This document shows, piece by piece, positions 20,397 through 31,060 of a DNA stretch of 64,000 nt; the first letter of the stretch is position 1; every line of letters begins with the position of its first letter. Under the pieces are notes generated by a model. It did not search any database and was not told the origin of the DNA. It saw nothing but the letters and a program-made list of their open reading frames with translations. This DNA comes from Candidatus Eiseniibacteriota bacterium. Its GTDB lineage: Bacteria > Eisenbacteria > RBG-16-71-46. The stretch spans positions 3,200,001 through 3,264,000 of the forward strand of contig OY970178.1 in the NCBI GenBank assembly GCA_963707915.1, given 5' to 3'. The translations under genes and the position numbers were made by a program.

Positions 20397-22424
20397 GGGC
20401 GGCGCTCCAGCCGGTCGCGGTAACGCTCCAGCATCGCCGGGGTCACGCGTTCGAGCCGCGGGGCCTCGGCCAGCGCCGCCAGCATGACCTCGCGCAGGGA
20501 GCCGGGGTTTCGGCGACGTAGCGTCCGGGAGCCACCTCGCGAGCAGCGGGCATCACCACGCGGAGGTAAAGGTCGCGAACGCGACAGCCAGGCCCGGTAC
20601 GGAGCGGGCCGGAGCGTTCCGCTTCTTGAACAGGATCTTCGACAGGATGTCGTTGAACAGGTAGTACGGGTCCGCGGGCTCGTGCGAATGCTCCGCCTCG
20701 TGATGGACGACGGCGCGAGGCTGATAGAGGAGACGGTACCCGAGGCGTCGCACCCTCGCCCCGTACTCCCAGTCCTCGTGGCCGAAGAAGTAGGCCTCGG
20801 GGAGGAGCCCCACACGCTCGAGGCATTCCCGGCGGATGAGCATCAGCGCGCCGGAGATGAAGCCGCGCGCGGCGACGCTGCCGTGCTGTCCCAGGTCGGG
20901 CTCGTTCATCCCCACGTATCGCTCGCCCGCCCAGTGGATCCAGCCGCCGGTCTCCCAGATCACGTTGGACGGTGGCCAGCGAAGCAGCTTGCCGCCCACG
21001 AGGCCGACCCGCGGGTCCGATTCCGCCAGCGCCACCATGGGCTCGAGGAATCCGGGCTGGGTCACGATGCAGTCGTTGTTGAGCAGCAGCACGTAGTCGC
21101 AGCCGTCGTCGAGCGCGCGCCGGATGGCGCGGTTGCAGCCGGCCGAGAATCCCAGGTTCTCCCCGTTGCGGATGAAGACGATCCCGCTCTGCGCGAACTC
21201 GCCCTCGAGCCGGTCCATCGAGCCATCCGTGGAGCCGTTGTCCGCGAGGTAGGTGGTGCGGTGGGGATACGAAGCGGTGGCCAGGGATTCGAGACAGCGC
21301 CGCGTGTCGGCGTAGCCGTTCCAGTTGAGCAGCACGATCCCCACGCGGGGGCCGGGCTCCTGCGCCGCTCCCGGTCCCGGGACATCCGCGGTCCCGTGCG
21401 GTGTGGCGACCAGCACCAGTTCCTCGCCGATCCACGGCTCGCCGGCGATCCGCTCCGCCTCCTCCTGCGCGAAGCGCCGCGCCGCCGCGTCCTTGGGCGA
21501 GGCGTCCGCGGCTCCGCCGATGCGGCGGCTCTCGGCGTGGAGGAAGGCCGCCGCGCCGGCGGAGGTGCGCAGCACCGTCCGCTGCAGCCGCGCCGCCGCG
21601 AGCAGGCGCTCCAGCGCCGGAGCGGTGAAGACCTGCAGGTGCCGGGGGGGCTCGAGCCCCCGCCACGCCGCACCGAACCGCGCGTGCCCGAGGCTCGCGG
21701 CGTTGGGGGTGACCACGACCAGTCGGCCATCCGGCTGGAGCACGCGCCGGCACTCCGCCAGCAGGCCCGCGGGGTCGGGCACGTGTTCGAGCACGTGGTT
21801 CATCGTGACCACGTCGAACGAGGCGTCCGCGTAATGCTGCTGCGGCAGCGAGCCCTCGCGCACGGTGAGCCCGCGACTCGAGGCCGCGGCGACCGCCGCC
21901 GGGTCCGAATCCACGCCCTCCGCGTCCCAGCCCAGGTCCTTCAGTTGTCCGATCGCGAGGCCGTTGCCGCAGCCCACGTCCAGCAGGCGTCCCCCGGGCC
22001 TCGGGGGCAGGTGCATGATCAGCCCGTCGAGGCCCGCGCGCAGCGCGGGAAAGGGCAGCAGCGCCAGCGCCAGGAAGCGCTTGACGCGGGCGCCGCGCAC
22101 GGTGTAGCCGAAGCGCGAGGCGTAGTAGCCCTCCTTCAGCCAGCGGCGCAGCAGGCGGGCCCACGGCGCGCGGTCCGGCGGTGGCGCGTGCGTGTGATAG
22201 CCGCGGTAGGCCAGTGCCAGGGCCTGCTCGTCCGGCGGAGGATCGAGCCACAGCAGCCCGCACGCCGGCCCGGAGCAGCGGACCATCCGCCAGCTGCCGG
22301 GCGAGCCGTAGAGCCGGTCGGTGAGGCCCTCGTACGCCGTGTCGCCGGGCGAGCCGCAGGCGACGCACGCCGAGGTCGGCCGGGCGGGCGAGACGGGCTC
22401 CCGGGCACCCGACGCTCCGGTCAT
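20393..22424 (-). CDS. Fusion of a class I SAM methyltransferase and a GT2 (WbbL-like) glycosyltransferase; C-terminus broken by several indels at ~20500-20620 (as-read stop at 20553)
   Basis: CxxC...C-x4-C N-terminus, LLDVGCGNG, FDVVTMNHVLEHV; then IVLLNWNG, DNGSTDGS, NLGFSAGCN, LLLNND, YFFGHEDWEY. A plausible tail continues through other frames to a GTGA overlap at 20393. Confidence 0.82.
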
Positions 22425-23959
22425 CGCGGGAGGCCCGCGTGGCCGGGGTCCAGCAGCGCGCGCGCGCCCGGCCGTCCCACGAAGCGCCAGGCCGAGACGG
22501 CGAACAGGACCGCCGTGACCGCCGCGAAGACCAGCCGCGGGACGAGGCCGGGGATCCGCGTGCCCGCCACCAGCGCCAGCATCCCGCATCCTCCCCCCAG
22601 CACGGCGCTGCGGATGCCCGCGGTCTCGCGTCCCAGTCGTGCGCGGGCGATCAGGAACAGCGCGAGCGCATCGACGACGACGCGCGCGAACCAGGCGATG
22701 GCCGCCCCCTCGATGCCGTGGCCGCGGATCAGCAGCCAGACCGCCAGCAGGTAGAAGGGCAGCTCGGCCACGTGGAGGCGCGCCCCCAGGTCGGGGCGCC
22801 CCGAGCTCTGCACCAGCGTGAGCGCAACCTGGGCCATGCCGTTCGCGAACATGCCGATGGCGAGCAGCCGCAGCACGCCGGCGCTCTGGGCCGCGAAGGC
22901 GGCGCCGAGCCACAGGGCGAGCAACTCGTGCGGGAAGACCGCGAGGACGAAGGCCACCGGGAAGAGGAGCACGATCACCGCGCGCACCCCCCAGTCGAAC
23001 AGCCGCCCCGCCCGTGCGCGGTCCGCGTCGAAGCTCGCCGCGAAGGCGGGGAACAGCACGCTGACCACCGGGATCGAGAGGATCGCCATGCGCGAGGTCA
23101 GGTCGTACGGCGTGGTGTAGTAGGCGACCATGGCCATCGAGAGCATGCCGCCGATGAGGAAGCGGTCGAGGTAGACCATGAGCGGGCCCACCACCGCCGT
23201 GACCGACATCCAGCCGCCGAAGCTCACGATGGGCCTGAGCAGGCGCCGGCGCACGACGAAGCCCGCGCGCAGCCCCGGCGTCCCGGCGAGGCAGGCCGCC
23301 AGGTACGCCAGGCCTCCCAGCAGGCGCACGACCGCCAGCGCGAGCCCGACGACGAACAGGCTCGACGACCAGGGAAGCACGAGGACCGGGGCCGCGTAGG
23401 TGAGGATGCCCATGGGGACGCGGATGGCGTTGAGCACGCCGAAACGGTGCTGCGCGGCCAGGACACCGGTCAGCGCGGCCGTGCCGGTCACGATCGGGAG
23501 CGACGCCGCCAGCACCCAGGTGAGCCCGAGCATCTCGCCCTGCAGCGCGGGCGGGACCCGCAGGAAGTCGTGCACCAGCCGGGGCGCCAGCCCGGCGAGG
23601 AGCGCCGCGCCGACGAGTCCCATCGCGGTCGTCAGCGACAGCGACGTCCAGACGAGCGCCGGCACCTCGTCCTCCCGGCGCTCGGCCAGCCTGCCGGCGA
23701 CGAGGCGGGTGAGAGCGCCCGAGACGCCGAGGTCGAAGAGGCTGAAGTAGCCGATGAGCATCCAGGCCAGCGAGAGGACGCCGAAGCGCTCGACCCCGAG
23801 GCCGTGGACCAGCCGGGGAACGAAGAGCAGGGCCGCGAGCACGGGAAGCACCTGTCCGAGCTGGTTCCAGGCGGCGCCTCGGAACAGCGTGCGCGCGTTG
23901 GTGGAGGGCGGGCTCACGGGCTCCGGTGTGTTGGGGTGGGGGCAGCCGCCACGCCTCAC
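22421..23959 (-). CDS. wzx: Wzx flippase (PST/MOP family); start approximate
   Basis: 12-14 TM helices; LGVERFGVLSL, FDLGVS.ALTR, YLDRFLIGGMLS, AYYTTPYDL. Confidence 0.92.
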   Translation of the reverse strand: MRRGGCPHPNTPEPVSPPSTNARTLFRGAAWNQLGQVLPVLAALLFVPRLVHGLGVERFGVLSLAWMLIGYFSLFDLGVSGALTRLVAGRLAERREDEVPALVWTSLSLTTAMGLVGAALLAGLAPRLVHDFLRVPPALQGEMLGLTWVLAASLPIVTGTAALTGVLAAQHRFGVLNAIRVPMGILTYAAPVLVLPWSSSLFVVGLALAVVRLLGGLAYLAACLAGTPGLRAGFVVRRRLLRPIVSFGGWMSVTAVVGPLMVYLDRFLIGGMLSMAMVAYYTTPYDLTSRMAILSIPVVSVLFPAFAASFDADRARAGRLFDWGVRAVIVLLFPVAFVLAVFPHELLALWLGAAFAAQSAGVLRLLAIGMFANGMAQVALTLVQSSGRPDLGARLHVAELPFYLLAVWLLIRGHGIEGAAIAWFARVVVDALALFLIARARLGRETAGIRSAVLGGGCGMLALVAGTRIPGLVPRLVFAAVTAVLFAVSAWRFVGRPGARALLDPGHAGLPR

Positions 23960-24086
23960 CCGCCGCGCGGCATCGGAAGAGATCGGAAGAGGCGAAGCGG
24001 GAGGCGGCCTCGTGCCGGGGGTTCCGGCGCGGGACCCTTGGTTGCGCCACTCTTCAGGATGAGTGCGTGGTTCGTCAAGCCGGGGG

Positions 24087-24115
24087 TTGACCGTGTGCGG
24101 GGTAGCCTCTAACCT
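24087..24115 (+). promoter_or_regulatory. Sigma70-type promoter for the ugd operon, back-to-back with a weaker TTGACG element toward wzx
   Basis: TTGACC-N17-TAACCT; the minus strand has TTGACG at 24073-24078. Confidence 0.6.
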
Positions 24116-24204
24116 TCCGTGCTGCTGCGCCCCGTTCCAAGTGGTTGCCCGCCCCGGCCGCCTCGCGCCCGGGTGCGGACCCGGACCCGCGAAAGGACCT
24201 CCGC

Positions 24205-25563
24205 TTGTACTCCATCACCGTGGTAGGCACCGGCTACGTCGGCCTCGTGTCCGGCGCGTGCCTCGCCGATTTCGGCAACCGTGTCACCTGCGTGGACTCC
24301 GACGCCGCCAAGATCGAGCGCCTGCGCGCCCTGGAGATGCCCTTCTTCGAGCCCGGCCTGCCCGAACTGGTCGCCCGCAACGTGCACGAGGGCCGGCTCC
24401 ACTTCGAGAGCGACCTGGTCGCGGCCCTGAAGGGCGCCCACGTCGTCTTCATCACGGTGGGCACGCCGCCCCGCCCCGACGGCAGCGCGGACACGCGCGC
24501 CATCTACGAGGTGGCGAAGACGGTGGCGCGGAACCTGGACGGCTACCAGCTCGTGGTCCAGAAGAGCACGGCCCCGGTGGGCACGGCCCGCACGCTGCAG
24601 GCGTTCATCGCGAAGCACGCGAAGCGCGGCGCGAAGTTCGACGTCGCCTCCAACCCCGAGTTCCTGCGCGAGGGCTCGGCCATCGAGACCTTCATGCGCC
24701 CCGATCGCGTGGTGATCGGCGCCGAGACCAAGCGCGCGGCCGACATCCTCAAGAAGATCCACGCGCCGCTGTTCCTGTTCGAGACGCCCATGGTGGTCAC
24801 GTCGGTCGAGAGCGCCGAGCTGATCAAGTACGCCTCGAACTGCTTCCTCGCGGCGAAGATCTCCTTCATCAACGAGGTCGGGAACCTCTGCGAGGCGCTC
24901 GGCGCCGACGTGCAGGCGGTGGCGAAGGGCCTCGGCATGGACCGCCGCATCGGCTCGAAGTTCCTGCACGCGGGCCCCGGCTACGGCGGCGCCTGCTTCC
25001 CCAAGGACACGCTCGCGCTCTCGGCCATGGCGCGCGCGGCGCGGATCCCGAGCGGCATCGTGGACGCGACCATCGCGGCGAACCATCACCAGGTGCGGCG
25101 CATGGTCGAGAAGATCACCGGCGCCCTCGGTCGCCCGGCGCGCGGCAGCGTGGTGGCGGTGCTCGGGCTCTCGTTCAAGCCCAATACCGACGACCTGCGC
25201 GAGGCGCCGGCGCTGGAGATCATCGCGGGCCTCCGGCGGCGCGGTGTCCAGGTGAGGGCGTTCGACCCGGTGGCGATGCCGGGCGCCCAGGCGCTGCCGG
25301 AGATGAAGAACGTGGTCTTCGCGAAGGACGCCTACGACTGCGCGCGCGGGGCCGACGCGGTGGCCATCGTCACCGAGTGGAACGAGTTCCGGAACCTGAA
25401 CCTCGCCCGCCTCAAGCGCCTGCTGCGCCGCGCCGTGCTGTGCGACCTGCGCAACATCTACGTGCCCGCCGAGGTCGAGGCCGCGGGCTTCCGGCACGTC
25501 GGCGTGGGTCGCGGACGGGCCGATGCGCCGGCCGCGGGCCGGACGCGGCGGAGGAAGCAATGA
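24205..25563 (+). CDS. ugd: UDP-glucose 6-dehydrogenase
   Basis: TTG start after aaagga; VGTGYVGLV, ITVGTP, KSTAPVGT, SNPEFLREGSA, AELIKYASN, GYGGACFPKD, FKPNTDDLRE. Confidence 0.95.
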   Translation: MYSITVVGTGYVGLVSGACLADFGNRVTCVDSDAAKIERLRALEMPFFEPGLPELVARNVHEGRLHFESDLVAALKGAHVVFITVGTPPRPDGSADTRAIYEVAKTVARNLDGYQLVVQKSTAPVGTARTLQAFIAKHAKRGAKFDVASNPEFLREGSAIETFMRPDRVVIGAETKRAADILKKIHAPLFLFETPMVVTSVESAELIKYASNCFLAAKISFINEVGNLCEALGADVQAVAKGLGMDRRIGSKFLHAGPGYGGACFPKDTLALSAMARAARIPSGIVDATIAANHHQVRRMVEKITGALGRPARGSVVAVLGLSFKPNTDDLREAPALEIIAGLRRRGVQVRAFDPVAMPGAQALPEMKNVVFAKDAYDCARGADAVAIVTEWNEFRNLNLARLKRLLRRAVLCDLRNIYVPAEVEAAGFRHVGVGRGRADAPAAGRTRRRKQ

Positions 25564-26015
25564 TCGACGGGGTGAAGGTCAAGAAGCTCAAGGTGATCCC
25601 GGACGAGCGCGGTCTCCTGATGGAGATGATGCGCGACGACGACGAGTTCTTCCAGCGCTTCGGGCAGGTCTACCTCTCCGTCGTGTATCCGGGCGTGGTG
25701 AAGGGCTGGCACTACCACAAGAAGCAGACCGACCACTTCGTGTTCGTCAAGGGCATGGCCAAGGTCGTGCTGTACGACGGGCGCGAGACCAGCCCGACCC
25801 GGGGCGAGGTCAACGAGTTCTTCATGGGCGAGCACAACCCCATCCTGCTCGTCATCCCGCCGCTGGTGCTGCACGGCATGAAGGGCACCGGCACCGAGCC
25901 GGCCTACCTGATCAACACGCCGACCGAGCACTACGTCTACGATGCGCCCGACGAGCACCGCGTGGCCCCGCACGGCGACGAGGTGCCCTACGACTGGGAC
26001 CGCAAGGATGGCTGA
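25560..26015 (+). CDS. rfbC: dTDP-4-dehydrorhamnose 3,5-epimerase family cupin (RmlC-like)
   Basis: ATGA overlap; PDERG.L.E, FGQVYLS..YPGVVKGWHYH, LLVIPPLVLHG. Confidence 0.85.
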   Translation: MIDGVKVKKLKVIPDERGLLMEMMRDDDEFFQRFGQVYLSVVYPGVVKGWHYHKKQTDHFVFVKGMAKVVLYDGRETSPTRGEVNEFFMGEHNPILLVIPPLVLHGMKGTGTEPAYLINTPTEHYVYDAPDEHRVAPHGDEVPYDWDRKDG

Positions 26016-27060
26016 GCCGGCGCGCCTCGACGGCAGCCGCGTGCTGGTGACCGGCGGGGCCGGTTTCATCGGCGCGAACTTCGTGCACCACTTCCTGCGC
26101 CGCTTCCCCGACGCGCACGTGGTCGTGCTCGACTCGCTGACCTACGCCGGCCGCCGCGAGAACCTCGACGGCATCCCGACGAAGCGCCTGACCTTCATGC
26201 ACGGCGACATCCGCGACCCGGCCGCCGTGGCGCTGGCGATGGAGGGCTGCGACTACGTCCTGAACTTCGCCGCCGAGTCCCACGTCGACCGCTCGATCGA
26301 GGCACCCGGCGACTTCATCCAGACCGACGTCCACGGCGTGTTCGTGCTGTGCGAGGAAGCGCGCCGCCGCGGGCTCGCGCGCTTCGTCCAGGTCTCGACC
26401 GACGAGGTCTACGGCGAGGTGCTGGAGGGCCACGCCACCGAGGCCTGGCCGCTGATGCCGCGCAGCCCCTACGCCGCGAGCAAGGCGGGCGGCGACCGGC
26501 TGGCCTTCGCCTACTGGGCGACCTACGGCCTGCCGGTGGTGGTGACGCGCTGCACCAACAACTACGGGCCGCGCCAGTACCCGGAGAAGCTCGTGCCGCT
26601 GTTCGTCACCAACGCGATCGAGGGCCTGCCGCTCCCGGTCTACGGCACGGGCCTGAACCGGCGCGACTGGGTCCACGTCGAGGACCACTGCTCGGCCCTC
26701 GTCACGCTGCTGACCCAGCCCGGGATCGAAGGGGAGACGTTCAACGTCGGAGCGGGGAACGAGTTGGACGTGCTGACCATCACCGGCACGATCCTCAAGC
26801 TGCTCGGCAAGCCGGATTCGCTGGTGCGCCACGTCGAGGACCGGCCCGGACACGACCGGCGCTACGCGCTCGACTCCTCGCGTCTCACCCGGCTGACGGG
26901 ATGGAAGCCGGCCGTCGCCTTCGAGGACGGCATCCGCCAGACGGTGGAGTGGTACCGCGCGAACGAGGCCTGGTGGCGCCCCATCAAGGAGGGCGAGTTC
27001 CGCGCCTATTACGAGCGCATGTACGGGCAGAGACGGGTCCTGAAGGAGGCGCGGCGATGA
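26008..27060 (+). CDS. rfbB: dTDP-glucose 4,6-dehydratase
   Basis: LVTGGAGFIG, DSLTYAG..ENL, NFAAESHVDRSI, VSTDEVYG, PYAASK, DRPGHDRRYALD. Confidence 0.95.
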   Translation: MAEPARLDGSRVLVTGGAGFIGANFVHHFLRRFPDAHVVVLDSLTYAGRRENLDGIPTKRLTFMHGDIRDPAAVALAMEGCDYVLNFAAESHVDRSIEAPGDFIQTDVHGVFVLCEEARRRGLARFVQVSTDEVYGEVLEGHATEAWPLMPRSPYAASKAGGDRLAFAYWATYGLPVVVTRCTNNYGPRQYPEKLVPLFVTNAIEGLPLPVYGTGLNRRDWVHVEDHCSALVTLLTQPGIEGETFNVGAGNELDVLTITGTILKLLGKPDSLVRHVEDRPGHDRRYALDSSRLTRLTGWKPAVAFEDGIRQTVEWYRANEAWWRPIKEGEFRAYYERMYGQRRVLKEARR

Positions 27061-28727
27061 GGAAGTCCGCCGGTCTCGCGGTCGTGTGGCTGGTTGGCGC
27101 GACGCTCGCGGGGATCGCGCCGGCGTGGGCGCAGGTGCCTTCGTCCGTGCTGGCGGGCGTCGACCGCGAGGGCGTGAGCACGTCGCACCGGCTCGGCTCC
27201 TCCGAAGTCATCACCATGCCGGCCGGCACCGCGGCCACGGGAGCCGACGAGACCGCCGCGAGCGGGCTCTTCAGCCTGCAGGCGGGACGGCCCATGAGCC
27301 TGGCCGGGCCCGTGGACCCCGAAGTCTACACGCTGGGCCCCGGCGACGTGCTGCTGCTCAACATCTGGGGACGGGTCTCGCGCAGCGTACCGATCGAGGT
27401 GGGGCCCGAGGGCAGCACGCTCATCCCGGGGGCGGGGCCGCTGCCCGTCGCGGGCCGCACGCTGAGCGACGTGCGCGCGGAGATCCTCCGCCAGATGGGG
27501 CTGCAGTACCGCGGGGTCAGCATGGACCTGCGGCTCGCCCGGCCGCGCACGTTCCGGGTCTACCTGACCGGGCAGGTGCGCCAGCCCGGCCCGGTGGAGG
27601 CCAGCGGCACGCTGCGCGTGGGCGACGTCCTGACCCCGGCGCTGCTGCTCGAGGGGGCCTCCCGCCGGCGCATCGAGGTCCTGCGCGCCGACGGGGCCCG
27701 GACGCTCTGCGACCTCGACCTCTTCCTCACGACCGGCGACGCCGGGATGAATCCCTGGCTGCGCGACGGCGATGTCGTCCAGGTCCCCAGCGCGACCGAG
27801 TTCGTCTACGCGCAGGGCGCGGTCGCGCGGCCGGGACGTTACGAGCTGGGGGAGCAGGACAGCCTGCGGACGCTGCTCCGCCTCTCGGGCGATCCGCTGC
27901 CCTCGGCCGTGGCCGACCGGATGCTGCTGGTGCGGTTCCGGGACGCCTTCACGCCCGAGTCGCTGTGGGTGAGCCTCGAGGACGTGTATTCGCGCCGGCG
28001 GAACCCGCCGCTCGAGGACGGCGAGCGGATGTACGTCTACTTCGTCCCGCAATACCACCAGCAGGACGAAGCCGTGATCGTCGGCGAGGTCAAGCGGCCG
28101 GGCACCTATCCCATCGTGGAGGGGCGCACGCGGCTGAGCGACCTCGTGTCGGCGGCGGCCTCGTTCCAGCCCGGCGCCGACCTCTCGTCCCTGCGCGTGC
28201 ACCGCCGCAGCACGCTCGCCGCCGAGAAGGACCAGGAACTGGACCGCCTGCTCCGGCTGTCGCGCAACGACCTCACCTCCTCCGAGTACGAGATGCTGCG
28301 CACCAAGCTGGCCGGCCAGCGCGAGGACTACCGGGTGGACTGGGCGCGCCTGGAAGGCAACAAGGACCTCGACCTGCTGCTGCGCGACGGGGACGTGGTC
28401 CGGGTGGAGCGGCTGGTGTCGTCCATCCGCGTGGACGGCGAGGTCCGGCGACCCGGCATCCTCAACTTCGTGCGCGGGGAGAGCGTGGAGGACTACGTCG
28501 CGCAGGCGGGCGGCTACACCGGCCGGGCGTGGCGGGGCAAGGTGCGCGTCACCCGCGCGGTGACCGGCCAGACGCTGTTCGCGCGCAACGTGCAGACGCT
28601 CGATCCCGGTGACTTCGTCTGGGTGCCCGAGAAGCCCGACGTCACGGTGTGGGAGAAGAGCCGGGAGCTGCTGACCTCCCTGGCGCAGTTGGCGACCATC
28701 GTCATCGCCATCCGCAGCGTGCGCTAG
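27057..28727 (+). CDS. Polysaccharide export protein with Poly_export and multiple SLBB domains (Wza/KpsD-like)
   Basis: Signal peptide; YTLGPGDVLLLNIWG; repeated GQV/GAV/GEV.RPG and LRDGDVV units. Confidence 0.9.
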   Translation: MRKSAGLAVVWLVGATLAGIAPAWAQVPSSVLAGVDREGVSTSHRLGSSEVITMPAGTAATGADETAASGLFSLQAGRPMSLAGPVDPEVYTLGPGDVLLLNIWGRVSRSVPIEVGPEGSTLIPGAGPLPVAGRTLSDVRAEILRQMGLQYRGVSMDLRLARPRTFRVYLTGQVRQPGPVEASGTLRVGDVLTPALLLEGASRRRIEVLRADGARTLCDLDLFLTTGDAGMNPWLRDGDVVQVPSATEFVYAQGAVARPGRYELGEQDSLRTLLRLSGDPLPSAVADRMLLVRFRDAFTPESLWVSLEDVYSRRRNPPLEDGERMYVYFVPQYHQQDEAVIVGEVKRPGTYPIVEGRTRLSDLVSAAASFQPGADLSSLRVHRRSTLAAEKDQELDRLLRLSRNDLTSSEYEMLRTKLAGQREDYRVDWARLEGNKDLDLLLRDGDVVRVERLVSSIRVDGEVRRPGILNFVRGESVEDYVAQAGGYTGRAWRGKVRVTRAVTGQTLFARNVQTLDPGDFVWVPEKPDVTVWEKSRELLTSLAQLATIVIAIRSVR

Positions 28728-28745
28728 CGGGGCCCGCCCGTCGCG

Positions 28746-28774
28746 TTGCGCGCCCGATGGGCGCGAAGTAGCAT
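28746..28774 (+). promoter_or_regulatory. Sigma70-type promoter giving a near-leaderless transcript
   Basis: TTGCGC-N17-TAGCAT, 9 nt before ATG 28784; no SD. Confidence 0.55.
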
Positions 28775-28783
28775 CCGCCCGCG

Positions 28784-30185
28784 ATGCCTGCCCCACACCG
28801 TCAAGTCCTGGCCAGCGCGGTCTTCCTGCTCGACGGCGCGCTCATCGCGTCCGGCTGGCTCGGCTCCTACTGGCTGCGCTTCCACGGGCTGGGGATCCCG
28901 GCGCCGCTCGGCGTGCCGCCGCTCTCGTTCTACCTGTGGTTCGGCGCGGTGCTCACGCCCTTCGCGCTGCTGGTGCTGCGCACCTTCCGCATCTACCGCT
29001 CGGCGCGCACCGCCCGGCTCTCGCTGGAGCTCTCCGCGCTGCTCCAGGGCATGGTCATCGTCACCGCGTTCGCGGCGGTGGCCTCGTACTTCACCCGGGG
29101 CGAGCTGTCGCGCGCGACGCTGGTCCTGTTCTTCGCGCTGGCGACCGCGCTGCTGCTCGGCAGCCGGCTGGTGATCCGCGCGGCGCTGCGCTCCACGCGC
29201 CGGCACGGCCGCAACCTGCGCGGCACGCTGATCGTCGGCACGGGCGAGCTGGCGGTCGCGCTGCTCGGGAAGATCCGCGAGCACCGCGACTTCGGCCTCG
29301 CCGTGAAGGGCTTCGTCGCGGCGGACCCGGCACGGGTCGGCACGCAGCATCGCGGACGTGCCGGTGCTGGGCGCGGTGGAGGAGCTGCCGGGGCTGGCCG
29401 AGCGCGCGGGGGCCGAGCTGGTGTACCTCGCGCTGTCGCGCTCCGAGCACGAGGCCGAGCACCAGGCGCTCGAGCGCCTCGCCGACTCGACCGCGGCGGT
29501 GCGGCTGGTGCCCGACCTGCTGCGCGCCTTCACGCTCAACGCGAGCGTCGAGGACTTCGACGGCATGCCGGTGGTGCTGGTGACCGAGAGCCCGGGGCAG
29601 GGCTGGAACGCGGTCGTGAAGCGCATCTTCGACCTGGTCCTGTCGGCCCTGGGGCTGGTGGTCCTCGCGCCGCTGCTGGCCGCCATCGCGCTCTGGGTCC
29701 GGCTCGACTCGCGGGGCCCGGTGCTCTACGCGCAGGAGCGCGTCGGCCTGAGCGGGAAGCGCTTTCGCATGCTCAAGTTCCGCACCATGCGCGTGGACGC
29801 CGAGGCGGAGGGCGGCCCCGGCTGGACCCGGCCGGGGGACCCGCGGCGCACGCGGGCGGGGCGCGTCCTGCGGCCGCTCTCGCTCGACGAGCTGCCCCAG
29901 CTCTGGAACGTGTTCCGCGGGGAGATGAGCCTGGTGGGCCCGCGCCCCGAGCGCCCGGTCTACGTCGAGCAGTTCCGCGCCTCGGTGCCGCGCTACATGC
30001 TGCGCCACCACATGAAGGCGGGCATCACCGGCTGGGCCCAGGTCCACGGCCTGCGGGGCGACACGCCGCTCGACCGCCGCATCGAGTACGACCTCTACTA
30101 CATCCGCAACTGGTCGCTGGGACTCGACCTCAGGATCCTGTTCCTGACCCTGCTGCGGGTCTTCCGCGACGCCAGCGCGCACTGA
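28784..30185 (+). CDS. wcaJ: Undecaprenyl-phosphate glucose phosphotransferase (WcaJ/WbaP family); one extra base at ~29345-29348
   Basis: 4-TM N-terminus and LIVGTG in one frame; KRIFDL, KFRTM, SLDELPQLWNV..GEMSLVGPRPERP, GITGWAQV in the +1 frame. Confidence 0.9.
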
Positions 30186-30223
30186 TCGTGTCCCCGGGGT
30201 CCCGCGCCGGCGCGGAGCGCCGC

Positions 30224-30252
30224 TTGCGCCCGGCGCGGAGTGCGTGCAGGCT
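30224..30252 (+). promoter_or_regulatory. Sigma70-type promoter giving a leaderless transcript
   Basis: TTGCGC-N17-CAGGCT, 6 nt before ATG 30259; no SD. Confidence 0.4.
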
Positions 30253-30258
30253 CGCGCC

Positions 30259-31020
30259 ATGAACGCCGCGGACCGCGACGACGAGCGCATCCTGGGGGAG
30301 TTGCTGGACCGCGCCGAGCGGGACGGGATGCGGATCCCCCAATTCAGCAGCCTCGCGGGGGCGCGGCAGTACCGGCGCCTGCTGCGCATGGTGCGGCGCC
30401 ACCTGCCGGCCGGGGCCCGGGTGCTGGACTGGGGGACGGGCGCGGGCCACTTCGCCTACTTCCTGACCCGCGCGGGCTACCGGGCGACGGGCTACACCAT
30501 CGAGGGCGTCTCGGCGGCGGCCTGGCTCGGCGAGCCCTACGAACGGTTCGTCGTCGGGAGTCCCGCGGAGCCGGTGCGCCTGCCGTTCGCGGACGGCGAG
30601 TTCGACGCGGTGGCGTCGATCGGCGTGCTCGAGCACGTCCGCGAGACCGGCGGCGACGAATCCGCGAGCCTGGTCGAGATCGCCCGGGTGATGCGGCCGG
30701 GCGGGGTGTTCCTCTGCTACCACTTCCCGAACCGCTCGAGCTGGATCGACTTCGCCGCGAGCCTGGTGCCGGACAAGCACCACCACGTCCACCGCTACGC
30801 GCGCGCGGACATCGAGCGGCTGGTGCGGACGGCGGGGCTCGAGCTGGTCGAGGCGGCGCGTTACGGCGCCCTGCCCCGCAACGGGCTGCGCCGGCTGCCG
30901 GGCGGCCTGCGGCGCTCGCGGGTCTTCGCCGACCTGTGGGACGGGGCCGACGCCGTGCTGGGCGCGGTGCTGGGGCCGCTCAGCCAGAACCTCGCCTTCG
31001 TGGCCCGCCGGCCGGGCTAG
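30259..31020 (+). CDS. Class I SAM-dependent methyltransferase
   Basis: VLDWGTGAGH, LPFADGEFDAVASIGVLEHV, RVMRPGG. Confidence 0.9.
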   Translation: MNAADRDDERILGELLDRAERDGMRIPQFSSLAGARQYRRLLRMVRRHLPAGARVLDWGTGAGHFAYFLTRAGYRATGYTIEGVSAAAWLGEPYERFVVGSPAEPVRLPFADGEFDAVASIGVLEHVRETGGDESASLVEIARVMRPGGVFLCYHFPNRSSWIDFAASLVPDKHHHVHRYARADIERLVRTAGLELVEAARYGALPRNGLRRLPGGLRRSRVFADLWDGADAVLGAVLGPLSQNLAFVARRPG

Positions 31021-31060
31021 CCCGGCCGGTTCCCGCCACGCGCGTCGTGGATCGTCCCGG

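Noticed and set aside
20553..24050. 1165-aa ORF
   Set aside because: The first ~540 aa are an off-frame shadow of wzx; the real protein starts at 22424.
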